A stretch of DNA of 64,000 bases from assembly GCA_021613535.1 (NCBI GenBank), contig CP075492.1, positions 15,810,001-15,874,000 on the forward strand, in the 5' to 3' direction. The translations under genes were made by a program, and so were the position numbers. Positions 13,500 through 25,538 of the stretch are shown here, one piece after another (positions within the stretch are counted from its first letter, which is position 1; each line of letters opens with the position of its first letter). The DNA is from Adineta vaga (Eukaryota; Animalia; Rotifera). Under the pieces are notes generated by a model. That model saw nothing but the letters and a program-made list of their open reading frames with translations. It searched no databases and was not told where the DNA came from.

Positions 13500-14976
13500 T
13501 TTTTTTCTATTTAAAATTTTCAAATAATCTCTAATGATACAAAAGGAACAATGCATCAATAGATTAACTCTTTCAGTTCACTTTTTCTTCGATCTTTTAC
13601 AATATAAATTTGGAAAAAAATTGAGAAGATCTTCTGTTTCATCAGGTGATTCAACAATTCGAATTAATTCAATTTTTGAACAGTTAATTCTAGCTTGCTG
13701 TTGATCATCAGTAACTATTGCTAATAATGGTTCATAATGGATAAGTAGTTCGACAAGATGCGGAACACGACTTCGACAAAAAAGTTGTTCAGCATAATCT
13801 CTATGTATATTGCATAAAATAAGTGTAATTAAATTAGTAAACTCAATTGAGTTTGTTGTTGTCTTTGCTTTTTCTTGTTATTCAAGTCGATTAATTACTT
13901 CAAGTGATTTGAGATGAGGTAAAGCTTGAGCAACAATACGAAAAAACGTATCTTCAAAAGGTTTCACATCATCAAAAAGTAATAATATAGTCGCATTTGA
14001 AAACGAAACTCACGTAAATTAGGTAAATATGAAATAATATATTTGTCCAGATCAAATCCATCAATAAAATGATTTGGTGCATATCTACCTATACCAATGG
14101 CTAAGAATAATATCAAATACTCGACAGTTGACAAGCGTTTCAAAAGAGGTACAATACATTGTTCATATTGAGGAGTATTACGATAGTTTGTTATTGTCAA
14201 TTTCTTCATATTAGGACAACAAATCTAGATAAAACGAATTCATTTAAATATTAAATCATCAAAAAATACTTACCGATGACATTTGTGAAATAGTATCACG
14301 TTCGCGTAAGCATATGAATACAAGATTTACTACAAAACAGCGGAGTTGTGACCCTAATTGTTTCAGTAAACGAACACAATCATCAAAACTCCATAATGTA
14401 ATACGCAGATGAATAAAATGAGATGATTCAGGAAAAAATAATTCATCGGAAGTAAGTAATTTTGGTAAAATACAGTCATCGTCGAGTTCAAACTAGATAA
14501 TTGAACGCATCAGTGATGAACGACGAAAAGCAGATATCTTATGACCCATTATAATATCTTCATAATCAAAAAAGTTGAGGTAAAATAGAGAAGAGAGGCT
14601 GTTCTCGCATTTTACTTATTAGATTGTTGCCGAAAGATATATTATAAATATAAATTTTCAACATCGTAACTTTCATTCTCTAGTTTAACTCTTCTGAAAA
14701 GTCTGAATTACAGAATGACAATTAGATCTCACTTATACAGCGGATAAAAAGAATGAATCTAATTGCGATTTAAGCTTCAAAATAACTAAATCTTTCTAGC
14801 GATTTGTCACGAAAATAAAATAAAATAATATAGTTATAGTTCACCTAATGTAAAAGTTTTCGTTCTAGACGATTATTATCTATACCAATAAACGAACAAA
14901 ATAATAAAAATTGTGGTCGAACTCTATTCATGATAGTTAAGATCAATTCGTCGGGTAAGTCGAGGAATTCTTTCAT
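13500..14976 (-). pseudogene. Degenerate F-box/LRR-like gene
   Basis: Starts MKEFLDLPDELILTIMN (F-box-like). Downstream fragments (LKRLSTVEYLILFLAI...FIDGFDL...LPNLREFRF) are broken by stops and frameshifts. Confidence 0.7.
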
Positions 14977-16149
14977 ATTAATTATCCACAAATAATAAAC
15001 GAAAAGTTTTTTTAGAACTTGAAAGTGTAGCTATTCGGTATGAATGAGAATTGACTCAAGAAGACATGCAGACGAATTGGCAGCAATACGGTAATCACAC
15101 AAGGAAATTGCCTCGTCATTGGTGAGTCACCACTGGATGAAAAGATGCGCACCTTCATGTATTCTCAGTCTTGTTACAAGTTTTTGTCACATTTTACTTG
15201 TCTTCGACTTAATAATTTTTTTCATAACTTTATTTAAGATAAGTTTTGTTTAAATGTATGAAAATAATCTGTTACAAATAATGTTTTATTGTTCTGCGAC
15301 GCAGGTGTCTAGGAAAAATGAAATGAATGTCTTATATCTTATGGTCTAATAAGTATTTAGTTTATAGTAAAACTTATGAACGCTACTTATATTGAATAAA
15401 CGCTTACGATAGCGACACGTCAAAGTGTATTAGCATCACAAATTGCTTGTCTTATTACATGAAAGAAGAGTCATTTTCTATTCCGATTGGTGATTCCGTC
15501 TATATGTTTGGTGACAGTTGAATTACAACAAAGTTAATGTATTAGAATTTTCTATGTGTTTGAGCATCATGTCTCCAAACGGACGAAGTAAAGGTATAGG
15601 CGTGATCCTTACACACTATATGATATCCGTCTAAAAAAGTCGGTCTTCAAAGCATTAAAGAAGATAAATTACACGTAGTAACTACTCACTGGTTTTCAGA
15701 ATATTTCTCACTATTCTTTCTCAAAATTATTTATAAACTAATATATTCATATCTTTACCACAGCTCTTAACTATTATCATCTTGAGAGCGAGGCATTTTG
15801 TCGAATTTTTCTGCTTTTATTCTTGTACTCGATGCATATACTCGCTGTTGTTCCTTTGTCGCTTTCATTTCCGATATTGATGTACATGTTCTCTATTTAG
15901 TTTTGAAGGACGCTTCGACGCATCAGGAAAATAATTTATTCATTTATTTCATTTAATCATAAACAAACAGTTAGCTCTGCTGCCTTTTCTTCATTATTAA
16001 AAGTATTATTTTCATTATCCTTTATAATAACTCGAACTTGATTATTGCCATTTGATCCAGCTAATGTGAATGATCTAATATAATGCACAATTCCACTGAA
16101 TAAATAAAGGTGGTAGTCAATTTTTTATGCAATGCCTGTCTGTATAGGG

Positions 16150-17400
16150 GATGAGGCAGCCGGAAAACGTCGACTTAAACCCCACACTTACATTTTTATA
16201 TGCAGATATCATGAAAACCCGGAAGCATACAAAAAACATTTTCTATAAATGTTTTTTTTGTAATATCAGTTATATATTTGCATTTATTAAAATGCATGTC
16301 TTGAAAACATTGTTTATAAGACAGACCAAAAGTTGGAGATAAGCTGAAAAGAAATGAATAGAACAAAACAAAATGAAGCGACGTAAGAAAATGTTGAAAT
16401 AGGACGAATATACGCAAAGAGAAAACTTATCATGCACCAGATGCGATTCGTTGGTATACGGATGATTCATTCATTTACAAATTTATTAACAAAGCATTAC
16501 ATACTGAAGATATCGAAGTATTATATACATTTCGCTTCTACATTGTTGATCTATGTCTCAGTCTGGCTGAAAAGCACAGAGAAATGTTTGAACTTGAACT
16601 TGATCAACCATCGATCGTCTATCGTGGAACACAAATAACTACAGAAAAAGTACATATTTTAGAAGAAAATGAAGGTTGTCTTATTGCTTCTAATGGATTC
16701 CTTTTTACAAGTTGTAGCCGTGATGTAGCAAAGATTTTTACTGGTTCAGGTAAGATAATAATCTTTAAAAAAATCTTTATTGAATAACATAAAACAAATC
16801 AATGTGTCGAATTGAACGGTCAGACAAAGCACTATAACATGAATTTGTTTAAAAGCAAATTAACAAATGTCTTCTTTATATAATAGGCATAATGCAGTCT
16901 AAACGACGTGGTAAATTACATGCAGTTATATTCGACATTGGAAGCACATTCATAGTTCTCTTCAATTATATACAAAATTTTTACCTGAAATTCACGCAGA
17001 ACTCACCATCTTATGCTGTAATATTGCCAATGTTTATCATTGTAAGAATCAATTTAAAAGATCTGTTGAATATCATCGTGAAGCACATCGCATTCAAAAA
17101 CATGTTGAGCCGATGAATTATATGTTAATGAGTCGAACCATAAAGTATTTTGGTATGACACTTGCTTCTTACAAACACAACGACGAGAATAATGATAGAG
17201 AAGCATTCGATTGCTTTCAACGAGCAATTGATATGTATAATGCCAATGGATTAGCTCAAAGTTTGGATATACTTGATATACTTTATCAACAAGGTAAATT
17301 GCATGATCGTCGAGAAGAGTATCATGACGCACATTGTATATTCCACAAAAAATCTTATCGCAAAATCATTTATCAACACTCAAAACACAAGAAGCATTGA
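16150..17400 (+). pseudogene. Degenerate NAD:arginine ADP-ribosyltransferase-TPR family gene
   Basis: Fragments DAIRWYTDDSFIYKFINKAL..EDI...FRFYIVDL and VYRG...GCLIASNGFLFTS.SRDVA, plus TPR-like pieces (EAFDCFQRAIDM), lie in different frames with stops. Confidence 0.75.
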
Positions 17401-17543
17401 TTCGAGTTAAGAATAAATTAGAAATTGACAAGAAAAAGAAAACATTTCATTGTAGAACTCTTTCTCTCTGAAATAGTGTATCAAAATTATTTCAATATTT
17501 TAATAAACTAGTAATGGATTGATTATAGAACACGAATTTAAAT

Positions 17544-17588
17544 AGAGGATGAATGTGGATATTTTTCTTCACACCCACACCCATTTCT
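17544..17588. repeat. Telomere-like palindromic hairpin element (degenerate)
   Basis: agaggatgaatgtggat ... cacacccacacccatttct, between convergent 3' ends. Confidence 0.55.
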
Positions 17589-17612
17589 GTCTCTAAACCA
17601 TGGTTTTTTGTT

Positions 17613-19172
17613 TCAAATATGCTCTTGTTTGTTTGTGTTCTTAAGTGGAATCCAAATAATTCCAAGATTGCATCCTAAACAACACACTCCAATAATCCAC
17701 AGAGCTTTGTAATAGTCAGTTCCGAGATATCGAAAAATCAAACAAAACAAAACGCCACCGACGTTTCCAAATGCACCAGTAACACCTGAAACAACACCAT
17801 TAAATTTAGGATGTATCGAAGGAACCAATGCAAAAACGGCTCCGTTCGCTGCCTCTATAAAAATTGCTAAACCAGTCATGAGACTAATCAAAGTATAAAT
17901 TTTCAATTTTGTCAATCCAATACAAATAAAAAAAATAGCTTGTATAACACCAAGAAAGATAATCCACCATTTCTTAGCATTAAGACCTTTATAACGATAG
18001 AGTACGTCAGAAATATAGCCTCCCAACGGTCTAGTAACAATATTTAGGAGACCGAATATGGCAGCCCAATTACCAGCTGTTTGAGAATTCCATACCTTGC
18101 CATCATATACTTTTGTAGTCTGAATATAAAAATCTGATATAACGCCTTCGACAGCTAGTTCAGAACCGAATGAGCACAAGTAAGGAATTGCTACTAAAAG
18201 AGTCTGTGACGATGAAGCAATTTTGAGTAGATCTATAACAACTGAAGTTCGTGGAAGTTCATCTTTCTCTGCAACAATCCGAACATCGTTGAATTCTTTA
18301 GCCGGTGGTGCTACATGTGTAGTTGGTGGAATCTGAGAATTAGAAAGAAAGTGTGATAACTCATCTTCTGTTTTAGAAGTTATTTCAGCCATTTCAGGAT
18401 GTTCATCTATATTACTATTATGTGGAAGCTCATCTTCAATTGCTATTTGACCGTCATCAACTGTTCTATCTTCATACAAGTGTCGAGTGCTCCATGGTCC
18501 AGTTGGAGTATCGTGTCCAAAGATTAGAGTGATAATAGTTACGCAAAGAATAATGACAAGTGGACCCATTGGAAAAGCAATTCGCCATGCCCAATACTGA
18601 CTGATGTCATGATTGTACATAAGATGAAACACAACTGCAGGCATAAGGAAAAATATGACACCACCACCAGCATTTCCCAATCCTGCAGCTAGAGCATTTG
18701 TTAACCCAATAATATTCTTATCGAAAAATTGACTCGTCCATACTTGACATGGAACAAAAGTTCCTCCTAAAATACCGACAAAAAATCTGATGATGATCAG
18801 TCCAGTTGCATCCTTAATCAGTGGTGTCAATGCAGTAGGAATCGCCCCAGCAAGAAGGCATCCAATCATCACATATCGAGGACCATACCGATCGCAGAGA
18901 GGACCAACAAATAGACGCACTAAAAATGTTGCTAACAGTGCGATAATGTTTGAATTTGCGATTTGTGAGTGAGTAAGTTGAAGATCTTTCCGAATAATAT
19001 CATGAATCAGAGGTGGAAAAGCAAACCATGAGAGAAATGCAACAAAAAATCCAATCCATGACAGATGAAATGTTCTACCATATTTGTCGACAACATTCAA
19101 TAATGGAAGAGTACGAGATTTGTGATTCAATGGATTAACATCCGAATGAAATAAACTTTGAACGAATCCCAT
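17613..19172 (-). CDS. NRT2: High-affinity nitrate/nitrite transporter, NNP/NRT2 family (fungal NrtA/CrnA-like), intronless
   Basis: 519-aa MFS protein with nitrate signatures AGLGNAGGG and GAFGNVGG, conserved Arg in LVRLF and VTRPLGG, and the fungal-type segments IANSNIIALLAT and GGTFVPCQVW; long central loop. Confidence 0.93.
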   Translation of the reverse strand: MGFVQSLFHSDVNPLNHKSRTLPLLNVVDKYGRTFHLSWIGFFVAFLSWFAFPPLIHDIIRKDLQLTHSQIANSNIIALLATFLVRLFVGPLCDRYGPRYVMIGCLLAGAIPTALTPLIKDATGLIIIRFFVGILGGTFVPCQVWTSQFFDKNIIGLTNALAAGLGNAGGGVIFFLMPAVVFHLMYNHDISQYWAWRIAFPMGPLVIILCVTIITLIFGHDTPTGPWSTRHLYEDRTVDDGQIAIEDELPHNSNIDEHPEMAEITSKTEDELSHFLSNSQIPPTTHVAPPAKEFNDVRIVAEKDELPRTSVVIDLLKIASSSQTLLVAIPYLCSFGSELAVEGVISDFYIQTTKVYDGKVWNSQTAGNWAAIFGLLNIVTRPLGGYISDVLYRYKGLNAKKWWIIFLGVIQAIFFICIGLTKLKIYTLISLMTGLAIFIEAANGAVFALVPSIHPKFNGVVSGVTGAFGNVGGVLFCLIFRYLGTDYYKALWIIGVCCLGCNLGIIWIPLKNTNKQEHI

Positions 19173-20283
19173 ATGCTAAAAAAATCAATGAATATTAGAA
19201 AATAGAACTTTTATCATATTCTCTATCGCAGTAGCAATTCATGAGCAAAAACTGTAAGAATTATACACAACAGATACACGTTTAACAACCCCTATAATAC
19301 TGTTTCAGACCATTATACGAGATATCATTCTATATTTCGAATTACTTATTACAAAAGCATTCATATAAACCAATAATGTAGCTGATGAAGTAGATTGTAA
19401 TCTTATAAATTTATTTTTTGGGATATTTTTTGTAACGATTGGTTTCTACATATATCATCGTTACACTTTGTACGTATATATAATTGAAGATATAAATCTA
19501 CTTTCGATTTTCGTTCGTTCTTGCTTTTTTTGTTTATTAAAACGTGCTGCGAAAATTTATATGTTTCACATCATTATTTTTTTTCTCTTCTAAATATCAT
19601 CATTAAGCAGTCATTCACACATATTTATCGAGAGACGATATTATCACTATTAAGATTTCGTTCTATCGATAAATCATAATAAAAATGAAACAAAAATACG
19701 ATGTAGTGGCTTTTTTTCGAATACAATGATTGCAAAAACTTAAAGATAACTCTTATACGTAATCCGACGACAATTCTCATTGAATGTTTTAGAGAATTTT
19801 TCCCTCGAAACTATCTAAATCATATCATTCATTTCAAATATAATAGCAGATCGAAGTAATGTTTCTGAAGTAAATCCATTACATTTACCGGAATATCATT
19901 CAACGTTCACCAACGATTTAGTAACAATCTTTCCAAATTTATTTGCATTAGAATTCGTATGTGATGAATAATTTGCGAATCAATGTTTATCAATTATTGG
20001 ATAGAGAGAGATTTTTACGAAAGGACGCAAGATTTTAAATGACTGACTTGTGAACCAAAGTGGTCTTTCATTCTGGATTCTTCTGAGTTTGATACATCGA
20101 AAAGAGGCGTTTATTCTCTTGATCCTGGGATTTAAATAAGAAAAACAGACGAAGAGAATAGTCCAAAAATTGTTTATCTATCTTGCATTGCAAATAACTT
20201 TTAATAAGCACCTTTTCAGCGTTAGAAACAAGGCGTTTCCCTGCATCTCCAGATTTTTAAATAAAGTTGAAAAAGCGAGAAGG

Positions 20284-20947
20284 CAGTAAGGTGATTATTG
20301 AGTAAATTAAGTCCTATGTTCCTTTTCACATTCTCTGAGAGAAAATCAAAAAAGCACAAGTATAGTTTTATTTAAAACATGAAAACGTTACTGAATGAAC
20401 AATCGATGAAGAACAATACTGACAGAAATGAGAAAAAAGTTTAATGAAATCGTTGATGAACTTTGACAGAATGGAACAGCAAAAGCATTATCAGGTCGAC
20501 ATTCATTTGGATATTTAGTTTTACATTGATTTAAACAATCTCGACCACCATTATACCAACAACGATTCACTTCGAAAACTTCTGAAAGTACTCGTGGTGT
20601 ACAAGGTTTTGGTGAACAACATCGACAAGCACATAAATCTGCATTGATCATGAATACATTGAATAAGAGAAGAAACAAAACGACTGCTGATGCTCTTAAC
20701 ATTTTGTCAACTGAAAGTGAAAGGAAAAGTTTGTTGAATATATTAATATGTGTAATATCGTTTGTCAAGCTTTATTTATCTTAAAATATTCGATTTCAAG
20801 GTTGATATGATTTACATATCGAATCATCTTACTACTATTTCAAACTGCATATTTCAACAAACATTTTCTGTATTAATATCATTTTTTTTCCTTTCTTGCA
20901 TAATTTCTATTCAATTGAAAGATCTGATTCATGGTATTGACTCATAA
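20284..20947. repeat. Direct segmental duplication, copy 1 (copy 2 at 22707-23330)
   Basis: Near-identical ~660 bp segment including the small Cys-rich gene; copy 2 lacks ~40 bp upstream of the gene. Confidence 0.95.
20388..20702 (-). CDS. Small secreted Cys-rich protein with hydrophobic (GPI-like) tail, copy 1
   Basis: Signal peptide MLRASAVVLFLLLFNVFMINA, 10-Cys core (CACRCC...C), Ser-rich spacer and hydrophobic C-terminus. Confidence 0.8.
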   Translation of the reverse strand: MLRASAVVLFLLLFNVFMINADLCACRCCSPKPCTPRVLSEVFEVNRCWYNGGRDCLNQCKTKYPNECRPDNAFAVPFCQSSSTISLNFFLISVSIVLHRLFIQ

Positions 20948-21538
20948 AGTTATCTTTCGTTGATAATAATTGATTTAATTTCTGCGTAATTTTGAAATAG
21001 TCCTCAAACAGTTTATCTCTCTCTACTTGATGAACAAAGGAGAACATTTTACGCTTCATCTTCAATATGAAGCTTCAATGGTTTATAGAGAAACTTCTGC
21101 GTTGTATTGTTTTGGTCGAGTGAAACGAGAGAAAGCAATTACACAATAATAACTGAATACTATTATGATAAATATATAATTCTAATAAATTTTTGTAATA
21201 TTTAGACCCTCACTCAACACATCAAGACTTATTGAAAATGCGTTTTTTTGCAATTTAAGTGCAATTAATAAGTCATTTGCCATCGTTTTTTTTTCAAACT
21301 TTTCATCATCAACAATGAAAGATTATCGCTTATGTTTAGCGCAAAGATCATCTTCCGACATTTTGTCTTTCTACATTTATCTCTTTTCACCACCTTTTTT
21401 TCGGCTCTATTCTTTCAGTATTAGTCCGTTCTGTCCTTTTCCTTTTGGCCTAATGACGACTAACCCACATACATACGCATATATAAATAAAAAAGTAAAA
21501 GACACAATCAAAAATTATTGATCACACACAGTAAGAAA

Positions 21539-22570
21539 ATGGTTTGCGAAAGAATTATCTTAGATTGTGATCCAGGTGTTGATGATACTATTGCACTATT
21601 ATTAGCGTTATCATCACCTGAAGAAATTCAAATTGATGCTATTACAATTGTGATGGGTAATCATAATAATACTAATTTACTTGCTTCGAATGCCTGTCTA
21701 ATATTACAAATGTGTCAAATGAGTGAAAAAATTCCTGTTATTAAAGGAGCAAATAAACCTCTGACTTTTGCTTATCAAGGTCATATAGCTGTCCAAGTTC
21801 ATTCAGAAAATGGAATCGGAAATATTCAACATCCAGTAAAAGTATTAAATCAATATCCAATGGAAAAATATCAAAATATTTCTGCTGCTCAATTTATTGT
21901 TCAACATGTTCTTGAAAATCCTGGTGAAATTACATTATGTGCTATTGGACCTCTCACAAATCTGGCATTAGCTGTATCGATTGGCGGAGAAAAATTTATT
22001 AAATCAGTTAAAAGAGTTGTTATCATGGGTGGATCAATTGAAGGAATTGGAAATATTACAGCTGCAGCTGAAGCTAATATAACCAATGATCCACATGCCG
22101 GAAGAATTGTTTTCGATGCTTTTTCTGATATAACAATGGCTGGATTAAATTGTACTCACCAACTTCCTTTAACTGATGAAATCAGAGAGAAAATGAGAAA
22201 ATTAAATCCTATTGGTCAATTCTGTTTTGATATTACTAAACATTATACTGAAATATTACGTTCATGGAATTCTCCTGCATGTTTTCATGATCCAACAGCA
22301 ATTATGTATTTAATTAAACCAGATCTATTTGCAGGTCAACGTGCTTGTGTTGATGTCGAAGATATGGGAAGACTCACTTTAGGTCAAACAGTTGCTGATT
22401 GGACCGGACGATGGGAAAGACCATTGCAAACATTTATATTGACTAAAGTTGATCGAAATGGTTTTGAAAATGAATTATTAAATCGCTTAGCACGATTAAC
22501 AATGTTTCAAACAATTTCTGAAAATGAATTACACAAAATTGAACAACAAATTGAAGCATCAGAAAAATAA
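21539..22570 (+). CDS. Inosine-uridine preferring nucleoside hydrolase (IUNH), intronless
   Basis: DCDPGVDD Ca-binding motif, GPLTNLA, MGG, AEAN...DPHA and FHDP. Confidence 0.93.
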   Translation: MVCERIILDCDPGVDDTIALLLALSSPEEIQIDAITIVMGNHNNTNLLASNACLILQMCQMSEKIPVIKGANKPLTFAYQGHIAVQVHSENGIGNIQHPVKVLNQYPMEKYQNISAAQFIVQHVLENPGEITLCAIGPLTNLALAVSIGGEKFIKSVKRVVIMGGSIEGIGNITAAAEANITNDPHAGRIVFDAFSDITMAGLNCTHQLPLTDEIREKMRKLNPIGQFCFDITKHYTEILRSWNSPACFHDPTAIMYLIKPDLFAGQRACVDVEDMGRLTLGQTVADWTGRWERPLQTFILTKVDRNGFENELLNRLARLTMFQTISENELHKIEQQIEASEK

Positions 22571-22655
22571 ACTGATTATATCTTTTCATACTTCTTCATT
22601 AGATTTGTTCAATTAGAAATAAACAAAAAATATTTATATTTAAAATGAATTAGTA

Positions 22656-22703
22656 AGGGTGTGTTATATTCATTCACCAATCCTACGCACACCTACAGCC
22701 TCC
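22656..22703. repeat. Telomere-like hairpin element (degenerate)
   Basis: agggtgtg ... cctacgcacacctacagcct, after AATAAA 22618 and abutting the duplication breakpoint at 22707. Confidence 0.45.
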
Positions 22704-22706
22704 AAA

Positions 22707-23330
22707 CAGTAAGGTGATTATTGAGTAAATTAAATCCTATGTTTCTATTCACATTCTTTGAGAGAAAATCAAAAAAGCACAAGTATAGTTTTATTTAAAC
22801 ATGAAAACGTTACTGAATGAACAATCGATGAAGAACAATACTGACAGAAATGAGAAAAAAGTTTAATGAAATCGTTGATGAACTTTGACAGAATGGAACA
22901 GCAAAAGCATTATCAGGTCGACATTCATTTGGATATTTAGTTTTACATTGATTTAAACAATCTCGACCACCATTATACCAACAACGATTCACTTCGAAAA
23001 CTTCTGGAAGTACTCGTGGTGTACAAGGTTTTGGTGAACAACATCGACAAGCACATAAATCTGCATTGATCATGAATACATTGAATAAGAAAAGAAACAA
23101 AACGACTGCTGATGCTCTTAACATTTTGTCAACTGAAAGTGAAAGGAAAAGTTTGTTGAATATATTAGTATGTGTAATACCATTTGTCAAGCTTTATTTA
23201 TCGTAAAATATTCGATTTCAAGGTTGATATGATTTACATATCGAATCATCTTACTAATATTTCAAATTGCATATTTTAACAAATAATTTCTATTCAATTG
23301 AAAGATCTGATTCATGATATTGCCTCATAA
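22707..23330. repeat. Direct segmental duplication, copy 2
   Basis: Aligns to 20284-20947. Confidence 0.95.
22810..23124 (-). CDS. Small secreted Cys-rich protein, copy 2
   Basis: Differs from copy 1 by 2 aa (L/F in the signal peptide, S/P in the mature region). Confidence 0.8.
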   Translation of the reverse strand: MLRASAVVLFLFLFNVFMINADLCACRCCSPKPCTPRVLPEVFEVNRCWYNGGRDCLNQCKTKYPNECRPDNAFAVPFCQSSSTISLNFFLISVSIVLHRLFIQ

Positions 23331-24168
23331 TCATCCATTCATTGTAGTAATGCTCTATTACGTGATATGCAAGATGAAACTATAGTTTTAGGCTGTGGGT
23401 GTCGGTAAAGAAGAGACACTCACTCTTACTCTGCAGATGGATCGTATGTTTTTACGTCATCGCAATTCTATGATGAAAAAGAAATACGTTCTATATGGTC
23501 CATCATCCATTCAAGAGTTAATTTGAAAACAAACACAGATATTAAACTTCATTTATTTCTATTCAAAATAAAATCAATGTAATCATATAGTATTTGTTTC
23601 TTACTACAGAACTTTTTTCTAATTCGTAAACAAAAACATTTCGAGACTATTATTTATGAACATTCATCAAAAACAAAACTGTTGCTTTTGACGTATCACG
23701 ATCAGTTTTCAGATACTTCCTAGTAAGTTACATATCAGAAGGAAAGTCTAATACGGTTATAATCAAAACCTAGACTATGTCAAAATCAGATTTGATTTCA
23801 GTATGTGTCGGGCACTCTTATCGATAAGTATATATTTCAATTATATATGCATGATCATATATCCTATATATCATCTGTCGTTAGTTTTTTTATTCGATAT
23901 CTTTGGCTCAGGTGTTAAGGCCCTTAAGGGTGGGTGTTAGATCCTCAAACTATAGAGTAACTGTCATTTCTTTTAATGTCGAGATATAACATCGTAGTGA
24001 ATAGATAATATTAATGGTGATACTCCAAAAGATTTTCTATCATGTAATTAACAGTGTAATATATTACTAAGAGATTGGTTTCTGATCTTCGCGTCATCAT
24101 TTTTATAATCTATTGAAAGAAATGCTAATTATCTTTTGAAATATTTCTTTTAGATGACAAGATAATCC

Positions 24169-24289
24169 AGAGATGGGCAAATCAAGTCATTTTTTTCACT
24201 TCATGGGAATGGTGTTTTGACTTGACATATAGCTTTTTAGTTATTTACTTGATTTGACTTGTGAAAAAATCAAGTCTTATTCATTCCTG
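24169..24289. mobile_element. Short degenerate MITE-like element with internal TCAAGTCA/TGACTTGA repeats
   Basis: Imperfect termini cagagatgggcaa / ttattcattcctg; internal inverted aaatcaagtc and gacttga copies. Confidence 0.4.
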
Positions 24290-24428
24290 AGGAAATCTCT
24301 TATAATTAATAAATAAAATAGACGTAGAGAAAAGAACAGCGTATAAAATAATGCATTTCTTTTCAGATTTTTTTCAAATATCAAAAGAAAAAGTTGACCT
24401 ATCAGAAAATTAGTAAACTAAATCTAAG

Positions 24429-25526
24429 ATGGCACCATCAATGAATGATTTTATTCAATATGGTCAATATGTGAATCAAATAGCGGGTATCTTCTTTTGG
24501 TTTTTTGGTGTCTTTGGATCTTTAGCAATTCTTATTATATTTTTATCAAAGAAAGAACTTCGTCGTTCTCCTTCGAGTCAATATATTCTTGTTGCAGCAA
24601 TGTGTGATTTCATCTTTTTGGGCATTGCACTTGGTTATCGAATAATGACTGATGGTTTTTCAGTTCAAGGAAATATTGCTTTATTCTTTTTCAATCCAGC
24701 TGTTTGTAAAATTCGAAATTACATTACGGGTGTAACTAATTTTGCTACTCTATATACAAAATGTCTTTGTACTATTGATCAATGGGCATCAACCTCTCGA
24801 TCAAATCGAGTTCGTCAATTTAATTCAATTAAATGGGCTCGAATATTTCTTATTATAAATACACTTGTATGGTCACTCATGCAAATACCTCAATTGATCT
24901 ATAATGATATTATCACGGTAAATGAATACAGAACTATAATTGAAAAAGATTTTTGATTTCTGATTTTCTTCTAGAATTCATCTGGTACTATGTCTTGTGT
25001 TGGCACATCGAAAGCTCTTGTTTATGCTTTCTCTTATTTTCTCCTGCCAGTGCTTTATTTCTTTCTACCTCTTATTCTATTAACGACATTTGGTTATCTC
25101 ACTTATATCCATCTTAAACAAATAAGTGAAAGATCTTCAAAACAAAGTCGTTTTCAACGTATCGAACGACAATTAACATCATTAATTATTGCTCAAACAT
25201 TAGTTTGCATTGTCACTTCATTACCTTACGGTGTTCAATATTTATATACAGGTATCACACTTACTCAAATAAAAGATCCTTATCGTTTGGCTGTCGAAGC
25301 ATTTATTCAACATGTTGTTCGACTTAATTTGTATGCAAGTAGTGCTGCTCCATTTTATGTTTACATTTGTTTATCGACAGAGATACGACGAATGGCAATA
25401 CAAATATTATTTTGTAAACTGTTCAAAAGTAATCAAGTTGGTTTTTCGCAAACATTAGATAGAACAATTGATCAAGGAGCATTGACCATAAATCATCAAA
25501 TGAAAACAATAAGCGAAGGAAAATGA
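24429..25526 (+). CDS. Orphan rhodopsin-like 7TM GPCR
   Basis: Two exons (intron 24918-24974), seven hydrophobic segments, CKIRNY, DQW at the DRY position, PFYVY in TM7. Confidence 0.88.
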
Positions 25527-25538
25527 ATTAAACATTTA

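Noticed and set aside
15050-15135. AP-1-like TGACTCA/TGAGTCA sites upstream of the F-box pseudogene
   Set aside because: Short motifs expected by chance; no supporting evidence.
19600-20000. Possible additional decayed LRR/F-box fragment
   Set aside because: Too fragmentary to assign.
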